Virus record (IMG/VR): IMGVR_UViG_3300032257_000026
Location: 1-45,725 of that record
DNA length: 45,725 nucleotides
From: a virus
Lineage: Duplodnaviria > Caudoviricetes
Strand: one strand, 5' to 3'
Program-made: the position numbers and the translations under genes
Shown here: positions 35,552-42,871 of the stretch, in pieces
How positions within the stretch are numbered: the first letter of the stretch is position 1
Layout of the letters: every line of letters starts with the position of its first letter
Notes under the pieces: generated by a model
The model's input: only the letters and a program-made list of their open reading frames with translations
Database searches by the model: none
Told to the model about the DNA's origin: nothing

Positions 35552-35995
35552 CTACCGCAAAGATGCCCATGCGATCATGATCAGGATCGAGTAAGCCACG
35601 CCGGCCACGCTCGAGATGACTAGCAGCCGATTCAGCCAGCGGCCATGTACCTCGTCCGCGAGCTCGGCGGCGCGCAGATGGCACCACGCCGCCGCGATCC
35701 CGGCGCCCTGGCGAAAAAAAATGTTAAAGAACACGCCGGCGTTGATTAGGTCCTCGGTTATCGACAGCCCAAGAAACGATGCCGACCACGGGACGAACCA
35801 GTAAGCGTTGTCAAGGAAAGAGCCCAAGAAACCCAGCACGACGCCAAGGATGAAATAGTCCCGAGAGGCGCTCGGCTTCTTGCCCTTCAACCAGAGCGTC
35901 CGCCCCCAGACCCAGATCACGGCGCCGGCAAGGAATGCGGTCGGAAAGGTAAGACCCAGGCTGATCAACTCGGCCATTCTTTGAGGCGTGCCCAC
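35552..35995 (-). CDS. Four-TM membrane protein in the lysis cassette
   Basis: Four hydrophobic segments; directly after the endolysin. Confidence 0.65.
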   Translation of the reverse strand: MGTPQRMAELISLGLTFPTAFLAGAVIWVWGRTLWLKGKKPSASRDYFILGVVLGFLGSFLDNAYWFVPWSASFLGLSITEDLINAGVFFNIFFRQGAGIAAAWCHLRAAELADEVHGRWLNRLLVISSVAGVAYSILIMIAWASLR

Positions 35996-36483
35996 TAGAC
36001 AATCCCCGCAGCGCCGCGTAGCCCGGCGAGCGTCTCACCTTCGGGCATCTGGAAATGAACATATTCGCGGAAGCGCGTCCAGCGGCCAGCCCACTCGAGG
36101 CCGGCCTTCTCAAACGACTCGACCATCACCGCCCAGCGTTCGTCGAGCGTATCGAGCTCGCCGGTTCGGCGGAACTCAGCTGCAGCCGCGCGCGACGAGA
36201 ACGGCGACCAGTCGAGCTTTGAGCGCACCGAACGATCGGCCGCGTACAACTCCCACGGGACCGCGTCGATCGCGCGATCGAAGTTGTGCCAGGAGTAGCC
36301 CGGCCGCGCGTTCGTTACCTTCGGCCCCGGAGCGGAGCGGCCGCGTTCGTAGAGCTCCGCCTGGCGCTTGAGCGTTCGCCGGGTCTCGTAGACCAGGACC
36401 GGGACGCCCTTCGCGTTGCAGAGCCGGAGACCTTCGCCGACCGCGATCGCGACGGTTGGCTTTAACAGTTTGAGAGATCGCAT
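35995..36483 (-). CDS. Endolysin, M15 family (L-Ala-D-Glu) peptidase
   Basis: R...RQAELY..GR, VTNARPGYSWHNFDRAID, WAGRW, HFQ. Confidence 0.92.
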   Translation of the reverse strand: MRSLKLLKPTVAIAVGEGLRLCNAKGVPVLVYETRRTLKRQAELYERGRSAPGPKVTNARPGYSWHNFDRAIDAVPWELYAADRSVRSKLDWSPFSSRAAAAEFRRTGELDTLDERWAVMVESFEKAGLEWAGRWTRFREYVHFQMPEGETLAGLRGAAGIV

Positions 36484-36493
36484 CGCCGCCCCC

Positions 36494-37711
36494 CTACGCC
36501 ATCGGCGTTAACTTGGTGAACGTTCCCGCCCCAGCCTGAGCCGTAGCAGCGTTATGAATGATGTTGCTGTACTCGATCTCGCCGTTCGCTTCGGCATCGA
36601 AGCAGACCGTAGTTCCGCCACCCGCGTCGTTCTGTAAAAAGAACTCAGCATCGACGAAGCGGAGCTTCGAGAGCGCCGATGCGTTCATAACTCTGGCGCC
36701 GTAGACGGTCGCCGGAGCGGACCCGCCGGTTCCGCGCTGATGCAGCCGCGCCTTCAGATTCTTAAACTCCATCGTTTGAGAGTTGGCATCGTCTAGCTGC
36801 ACGCAGGAGAGGGAATTCGACGGCGAGTGGTCCTGACCGTAGTCGATACGAATTCGCATATTCGTGAAGTGCAGTTGATTCTGTGCCGTCGTCAGCGGGT
36901 TATATGCAAGTACTCCGGTGCAGCGGTCCTGGTCGTTGCTCCCGCCCACATCGCCATCAATATCCATCCAGATCTGGTCGCCGACGCTATCGAAAAATCC
37001 GAAGGGGGAAACTTGAGAGACCAGATCACTGCGAAAGTGCATCCCGGTTGTTTTCCAGCCGTTCGCAGAAGGCAGGAGATCCAAGTCACCCGAAGCCACG
37101 CAATGAATCTGGTTAGCGTTCGACACCCCCCGGATGCTGCCTTTTACAGTGAAGGCATCGTGGCACGATGCGATGTAGTTCCCGCGAATGAATAGCCGGC
37201 CAGGCTCCGTTGCGAGATCATGCCCGAACACCTGCAGCCCATCGTGGCTGCCTTCGATGCGGTTCGAAATCAGATGGATGCAATCCCAGTTGGCGTCCGT
37301 GTCGTAGTTCGCCTCGTCGCCGACGTAGAGCGCTCCCTCCGGGGGGCTTCCAGCCGCGCCGAAACCACCAGTTAGCTGGTTGTTGATTGTCATGCCGATA
37401 ACCCAGACGTTCGAAACGACGCGCGCAAAGTCCGTCCCGATGCGGTAGGCACCACCACCGCCATCGCCCGTCTTCTGCAGTACGGCGGCGTAAGGAACCT
37501 CGGAAGAAAGGATGGTGTGCGACACATTGTGGTCGATCGCGGTCTCGTAGACGCCAGGCGCGACGGTTATGCAATACATGTTATCGGCCGCCGAATCGCC
37601 GAGCGCGTCGATGGCATCGAGCGCAGCCTGGATCGTCGTGTAATCGTAATGCTTGCCCGGACCCACCGTCTTGTTTTTAATTTCCTTGCCCTGCCAGATT
37701 CGAGTCGACAT
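36494..37711 (-). CDS. Tailspike / pectin-lyase-like beta-helix receptor-binding protein
   Basis: TVGPG..YTTIQAALDAI...VAPGVYE start; repeated N.I.G..DG beta-helix coils; last gene of the tail module. Confidence 0.75.
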   Translation of the reverse strand: MSTRIWQGKEIKNKTVGPGKHYDYTTIQAALDAIDALGDSAADNMYCITVAPGVYETAIDHNVSHTILSSEVPYAAVLQKTGDGGGGAYRIGTDFARVVSNVWVIGMTINNQLTGGFGAAGSPPEGALYVGDEANYDTDANWDCIHLISNRIEGSHDGLQVFGHDLATEPGRLFIRGNYIASCHDAFTVKGSIRGVSNANQIHCVASGDLDLLPSANGWKTTGMHFRSDLVSQVSPFGFFDSVGDQIWMDIDGDVGGSNDQDRCTGVLAYNPLTTAQNQLHFTNMRIRIDYGQDHSPSNSLSCVQLDDANSQTMEFKNLKARLHQRGTGGSAPATVYGARVMNASALSKLRFVDAEFFLQNDAGGGTTVCFDAEANGEIEYSNIIHNAATAQAGAGTFTKLTPMA

Positions 37712-38224
37712 CTAGACCCCCACCGCGATCGAGACCCAGGAGTATCCCTCGCTCGCGTTTTTCATACAGAAAAAGATTTCGTCTTGCTGCCCCGTGGCGG
37801 CTTCGACGTAGGCCATCGTTCGACGGTAGGCGGCCGACGCGGTCGGAAGGTCCGCCTCCTCGGCGACCACGAGCTGCTGCGCTGCAGGCACCGCCGGCTC
37901 GACATATAGCGGGAGGTCCCCGATCGCGTAGCCGGCGATCGACGCCGGCTGGTAGTCGGTAATCCACGAGCGGCCCGATGGCGATACGAACTTGAACCGA
38001 TAAAAACTGCCGCCAGGAGTAATGGCATCGTTCGGAATCAGATCGAAATTCACGGTGCCATCCAGCGCGATCGGTACGGTCAGACTTCGCAGCACCACCT
38101 GCTCCGAACCGCCATCGTCGGTGGTCCCGTGTGCAGATAGCGAGATCTCAATCTTCCCGCCGGAGATCCCGACGCCGGACGGTGTGACGATCGCGCCTGT
38201 AATCGTTGTCGTTGTTGCGGCCAT
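37712..38224 (-). CDS. Tail fibre adaptor protein (paralog of the next gene, with a C-terminal extension)
   Basis: ITG.IVTPSG...DDGG...DGTVNFDLIPND.I.P.G.FY. Confidence 0.6.
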   Translation of the reverse strand: MAATTTTITGAIVTPSGVGISGGKIEISLSAHGTTDDGGSEQVVLRSLTVPIALDGTVNFDLIPNDAITPGGSFYRFKFVSPSGRSWITDYQPASIAGYAIGDLPLYVEPAVPAAQQLVVAEEADLPTASAAYRRTMAYVEAATGQQDEIFFCMKNASEGYSWVSIAVGV

Positions 38225-38232
38225 ATCTTCTC

Positions 38233-38562
38233 CTAGAGGGCGACCTGCGGGATCGATCCGATATCCACAGGGTCGGGAGCACTTGCGAGATTCCAGCCGA
38301 GCACGCGAGCCACGCCGGTCGGACCCGCGATCGTTGCGACGTAGAACGTCCCGCTCGGCGAAATTATATCGTTCGGGATCAGTTCGAAATCGACGGAGCC
38401 ATCTGCGGCGATCGGGAACCTCGACTCGCCAACGACCACCCGCTCATCGCCACCATCGTCGACGCTTCCCACTTCGGAGATGCGGACGCGGATCTCGCCG
38501 CCAGCTGCGGAGCCAGAAGGCAGCAGCACATCACCGATGACATTAACGGTTGCGATCGCCAT
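38233..38562 (-). CDS. Tail fibre adaptor protein
   Basis: VIG.VLLPSG...DDGG...DGSVDFELIPND.I.P.G.FY. Confidence 0.6.
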   Translation of the reverse strand: MAIATVNVIGDVLLPSGSAAGGEIRVRISEVGSVDDGGDERVVVGESRFPIAADGSVDFELIPNDIISPSGTFYVATIAGPTGVARVLGWNLASAPDPVDIGSIPQVAL

Positions 38563-38563
38563 A

Positions 38564-39199
38564 TCAGACCCCCAGATCGGATGCGTAAAACCACGGCCGG
38601 TTAAGGCCCGCTTGGAACGGGTCGCTCTCTATGGTAACTGAAGTTGTCCCGACGCCAGCGCGACGAACCTCCCATTGGAAGTCGATCGTCTTCCCGCGTA
38701 GCGACGCCGGCAGCTCGAGGATCGCTTCTTTTTCGAAAGGGCCTAGATCTGAGATCAACCCATCCCAGCCGGTAGGGGGCACGCCGCTGCAGACGGGCCC
38801 GACTTCCGGGTCGTCGATTTCCAGCTTGCAGCCGCGACGGATCAAGACCTCTTCCGAGTAGTAGGTCGTTACGCCATCCGAGAGCCGAGCGCGGACGCCA
38901 GCCCACCAGAACTCGGTCGTCGGATCCGAACCGCTGCCGTCGACATCCCCGACGAAGCGAGCGTGGACGATATCGGCATGGTGCGGAATGTAGGTCTTGG
39001 AGCCGCCCCAGCTGGCATCCTCCCAAGCGGTAGCGGCCACAAAGGTGTGCACGCCGCCGAGCGCGACGCTGGGGATCTGGCGCGCGGCCAGGTAGGCATC
39101 CCGGTTCTTCCACTTGCCCATGAAGATGACATCGATCGGCTGCCCAGCCAGGCGCTCGCCCGAGGCCCAATCGATCCACGATGAAGCCGGAGCCGACAT
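38564..39199 (-). CDS. Minor tail protein
   Basis: Beta-rich 211 aa protein in the tail-tip cluster; TGATG coupling. Confidence 0.55.
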   Translation of the reverse strand: MSAPASSWIDWASGERLAGQPIDVIFMGKWKNRDAYLAARQIPSVALGGVHTFVAATAWEDASWGGSKTYIPHHADIVHARFVGDVDGSGSDPTTEFWWAGVRARLSDGVTTYYSEEVLIRRGCKLEIDDPEVGPVCSGVPPTGWDGLISDLGPFEKEAILELPASLRGKTIDFQWEVRRAGVGTTSVTIESDPFQAGLNRPWFYASDLGV

Positions 39200-39693
39200 C
39201 AGGCAGCGCGCTCGAGGCGGCTCGCGTTGTCGAGGCAGCGCACCATGACGTTCCCGGCGCCGGCGCTCACGCGGGCTTCGATTTCGAGATCGACCTCGAG
39301 CCCCGCGTTTGCGTCCACATCGGCGGCCGGGATCGTTAGCGTAATAAACGTGCCGTAAGACGTAGCGGTCACATCGCCCGACTCCTGCCAGGTACCCGAG
39401 CCGCCCAGCCGAGCTTGCACCCGGCCGGTTGCGGTGCCATCGACGATCGCCTCGAGGACCACGACCAGCGTCACATCGCCGCCGCCGGTTCCGACCGACT
39501 CGGGAAGCCAGCCCTTCACCGTAGCGATCGCGGCGAAGGAACCAGATGCTGTGGATCCTTCGGCGAATCGGGTATCCCAGTTGTTCGAGATTAGCGACTC
39601 GTCTCGATCGTAGAAGCTACCCACCAGCGCCTCGGTAAGGGGGCTCTCCGCGTCTATATCCGCGGCCGCAATATCAGGGAAGGTCTTGCTCAA
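39199..39693 (-). CDS. Minor tail protein
   Basis: DIDAESPLTEAL N-terminus followed by a beta-sandwich-like region; TTGA coupling. Confidence 0.55.
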   Translation of the reverse strand: MSKTFPDIAAADIDAESPLTEALVGSFYDRDESLISNNWDTRFAEGSTASGSFAAIATVKGWLPESVGTGGGDVTLVVVLEAIVDGTATGRVQARLGGSGTWQESGDVTATSYGTFITLTIPAADVDANAGLEVDLEIEARVSAGAGNVMVRCLDNASRLERAA

Positions 39694-41939
39694 AATGCCA
39701 CCGTATACGCCTCGTCGCCGTTCGAGAACTGGCCCGAGTCCGGCGAGATGTAGGTCGACTGCCGATCGGTCGACGTTGCTAGAGTATAGGTCGATGCCGC
39801 GCTATTCGGAGCCACAACCCCGGGCCTGGTCAACGGACGGCGAGCTCGAAGCGACAGCTCGACGAACGCGCGCTCGCGCTCAGGATCGAGCCGGACGCGG
39901 CGACGATCGATGAGAAATGACGTTTCTTCGCCGATGCCCCGGAAGCCGGTCAACAGGTTCGGGATCGAATCGGAGATCTCGATCGAGACCACCTGAGCGA
40001 GCGCTAGATCCTTGTGCGAATAGAACGCTTCGACCTTGAGCGGCGTTCCCGGATTCGCCGCCTCGAGTAGCAGCCGGCCGCCGGCGCTGTTGAGATCGTC
40101 CGCCGAGCCGTAATCGGGGAACCCCAGCCGGCCGGTTCGGCCACCGCGAGAGGCGACCGGCTCCGCCTTCGCTTTGCCAAAGCGCTCGATCGACGCATCC
40201 GACACCTTCGGCGTGGAGAGCGCATGCTTCGACTCGGCCGGATTCCAATCGGAGAGCAGCGACAGGTTGTTGATTCGATCGGCGAAGTTCCGGCGGAAGC
40301 CGCTCGCGGAGAAGTTGTCGACGCGCCACTCCTTCCCGATCGCCACCGGGACCGGGAGGAGGCGGAAATAGGTCTCGACCGCGAGCCGCTCATCCGCTCC
40401 GGTTATCGGGTAGAGCCCGAACGCCCGGCAGATGTGGTCCTCGAACCAGGACTTGAAATCATCGATCGGCGACGTTTCCACGAACAGCACCGCAGAGCCC
40501 GACGTAAGCGCATCGGATCCATCGAACACCGGCTCGGGCCAGAACTCCTGACGGATCCGCTCGAAGGTATCGATGTCGATGAAATCGGAATCGAGCCCGA
40601 TGCCATCGCCATCGCCCTGGTCGAAGGGCCCGCTCGGTTCGGAATCGAACGGCGCGCAGGCGAGCGGTGTGCAAATCGTATCCAGATCCACTTCCACGTT
40701 GTTGTTCTGATCGCCATGCGCGAAGAACAGCCGGAGCGTATCGCTGGCGGAGTGCGAGCCGTCGAATTGAAAGACCACCGTGCAGCGGCGCCACTCGGTT
40801 GTTAGATCGAACATATGGAGATAGGTCCCAGCCGCCCAGGTTCCATCGGCCTGGAGATCTTCGCTGGCGGTCGAGTTGCGGATCGTAATGCTCAACAGCC
40901 CGGACCCGGCCTCGCTTGCGCGAGCCATCACCGACACGAAGCCCCACTGGCCTGGGAAGATCCCGCTGGTCTTCGCTTGCGATACGTTCAGCGCTCCGAG
41001 CGTTGTCCGCGTTAGCTTTACGCCCGAGCCCTTCAGCGCACCGGACACGAGCTCGTCGGCGGAGCCGCCGGTCTCCACCTCGGTCCAATCGTCGATGACC
41101 GACGCGGTCCAATCATCGAAATCCGGATTAAGCATCAGCTCCGCCGGCGTTGCGGTACCTGCGGCGCCGGTAGTTGTAGCGAGCTGCAGCGCAAGCGTTA
41201 ACGGATTGCCGCGACGCGCCCAGCATTCAAAAATCTCGGTCTCGTCGACCGTGAAGGTGTGCGCCGCATCGCCGACAGCGAACTTGCGCCGCGTTACCGT
41301 CTCCAAGTCCTTGTCGCCGGTACCGCCGATCGATACATATTCGATCAGCTCGCAGAGCTTGCTCTCGGCCGAGTAGATTAGCGCCGCGCCGGGCTCCCGC
41401 CATTCACCCTTCGGCGACTCCTCGAGCGTAATGGTTGTGGTTCCGGGAGCGAGATCCCCGCCACCCGTCGCAAGCCGGAAGGATTCGCCTTCAACATCTT
41501 CGAACAGCGACGACTGCAGCGAGCGGAGAGCGTTGACGAGCTCGAACCGGTACGCGCCGCCGGCCTTGCCTTGGACGGCCCAATCGTCGAGCTGCCAGCG
41601 AGTAATGTTCCACTCCGCCTCTGGGGCCCCATCGAACCCATCGCGACGGATAACGGCCGCGTAGCGCAGCGTTGCATCGTTCGCAGCCAGCCACATGGTC
41701 ACGGCTTCGGCGAGATCCGGCATCACGAACTCAGAGCCGCCAGCGGTAATCGAGCCCCGCCGAATATCGATGCGGCTGCCATCGTCCCCACGGTTGACGG
41801 CGCCGGCGAACACGGTCCATCCCGCAGGCGTATCGAGATCATCCGTGACCCGCGACACGAACCGCGTCGACAGCGACGGGAAATCCCAAACGACGTTCGT
41901 CGCCTTCCCGGTAGCGACCAGCTGCTCGGAGTAGCTCAA
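39690..41939 (-). CDS. Baseplate hub / tail tip protein with an inserted CBM-like domain
   Basis: Second gene after the tape measure; ASIERFG motif; internal LMLNPDFDDW...LTTEWRRCTVVF...VDLD insert. Confidence 0.65.
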   Translation of the reverse strand: MSYSEQLVATGKATNVVWDFPSLSTRFVSRVTDDLDTPAGWTVFAGAVNRGDDGSRIDIRRGSITAGGSEFVMPDLAEAVTMWLAANDATLRYAAVIRRDGFDGAPEAEWNITRWQLDDWAVQGKAGGAYRFELVNALRSLQSSLFEDVEGESFRLATGGGDLAPGTTTITLEESPKGEWREPGAALIYSAESKLCELIEYVSIGGTGDKDLETVTRRKFAVGDAAHTFTVDETEIFECWARRGNPLTLALQLATTTGAAGTATPAELMLNPDFDDWTASVIDDWTEVETGGSADELVSGALKGSGVKLTRTTLGALNVSQAKTSGIFPGQWGFVSVMARASEAGSGLLSITIRNSTASEDLQADGTWAAGTYLHMFDLTTEWRRCTVVFQFDGSHSASDTLRLFFAHGDQNNNVEVDLDTICTPLACAPFDSEPSGPFDQGDGDGIGLDSDFIDIDTFERIRQEFWPEPVFDGSDALTSGSAVLFVETSPIDDFKSWFEDHICRAFGLYPITGADERLAVETYFRLLPVPVAIGKEWRVDNFSASGFRRNFADRINNLSLLSDWNPAESKHALSTPKVSDASIERFGKAKAEPVASRGGRTGRLGFPDYGSADDLNSAGGRLLLEAANPGTPLKVEAFYSHKDLALAQVVSIEISDSIPNLLTGFRGIGEETSFLIDRRRVRLDPERERAFVELSLRARRPLTRPGVVAPNSAASTYTLATSTDRQSTYISPDSGQFSNGDEAYTVAF

Positions 41940-42871
41940 GAGACACCCTGCCCGATCGCTTCAATTCGCCAGCGGTAGTTGCGACGCAGCGCGCCGATTG
42001 GATAGTCAAGCCGGAAGCGCGGATCCACAACGGCCAGATCGTAATGGCGGCCGGCGTTCGTGAGCTCGTCGCGATCGCCCCAGATAGCGATCGTGCCCGC
42101 TTCGGATTCCGACCAGCGATTAAAGCGACGGAGCGCCAACTCGTCCGGCTGGCCTTCAAACATATTGCGCCACTCGATATCGATCCGAGTGTTCGGCTTC
42201 CTGGTTCGCACCACCTCGACCACCGCATCGCCACGGTTGATCGCATCGCCGCGCTGCAGCTCCGGGCGCCAGCGGCGAGGATTGCGCGTGAGATCGCAGA
42301 GCCCGCCGCACAGCACCCGATCCCAGTAAGCATGCGACGAGACCCCATAGCCGGCCGTAGCGATGTCATACACGAGCGACAGCTCTATCCATTCGGTATC
42401 GGCGTGGATCTCGACCGCGGCGACTTGCAGGAACCAGTCCGGGCCAGCGGTGCGCCAGGCGCGCGACGCCGGCGCCGCCTCGAGCGAACCGGATCCGATC
42501 GTTGACGAGCCGCCCGAGTACTGCTCGATCAGGATCGATGCGTTCGAGAGCCCCACCCCATCGGCAGCGTTCAGCGAAGCGGCCGCGGCGAGCTCGCCAC
42601 CGTCCGCCTTCAGGATCTCGAGCACGGCCGGAAGTTGAAACCGCTGTGTTAGCAGCGCCTTGTTGCCCGCGGTGCCCGAGGTGACGTTCTGGCGGTAGCC
42701 CCGGACGGACGGGATGCCATGCCCCGGCGATTGCGCCATCGACGCCACGACGTTCTGATCCGGATTCACGCCGCCGGCGGTCCAGCCGGTAGCGGCCACG
42801 AGATCCGCGTCGGATTCGAAGCTCGGATTCGAGAGAGGCGCGAGGCCCCACAGGATCATCGGCTTGCCCAT
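41936..42871 (-). CDS. Distal tail (Dit-like) protein with an inserted CBM-like domain
   Basis: First gene after the tape measure; LSNPSFE...TGW...AYWDRV insert. Confidence 0.6.
   Translation of the reverse strand: MGKPMILWGLAPLSNPSFESDADLVAATGWTAGGVNPDQNVVASMAQSPGHGIPSVRGYRQNVTSGTAGNKALLTQRFQLPAVLEILKADGGELAAAASLNAADGVGLSNASILIEQYSGGSSTIGSGSLEAAPASRAWRTAGPDWFLQVAAVEIHADTEWIELSLVYDIATAGYGVSSHAYWDRVLCGGLCDLTRNPRRWRPELQRGDAINRGDAVVEVVRTRKPNTRIDIEWRNMFEGQPDELALRRFNRWSESEAGTIAIWGDRDELTNAGRHYDLAVVDPRFRLDYPIGALRRNYRWRIEAIGQGVS

Noticed and set aside
36494-39693. Diversity-generating retroelement or invertible tail-fibre switch
   Set aside because: No reverse transcriptase or invertase, and no near-identical TR/VR or inverted repeat pair seen; the paralogs are diverged at all positions
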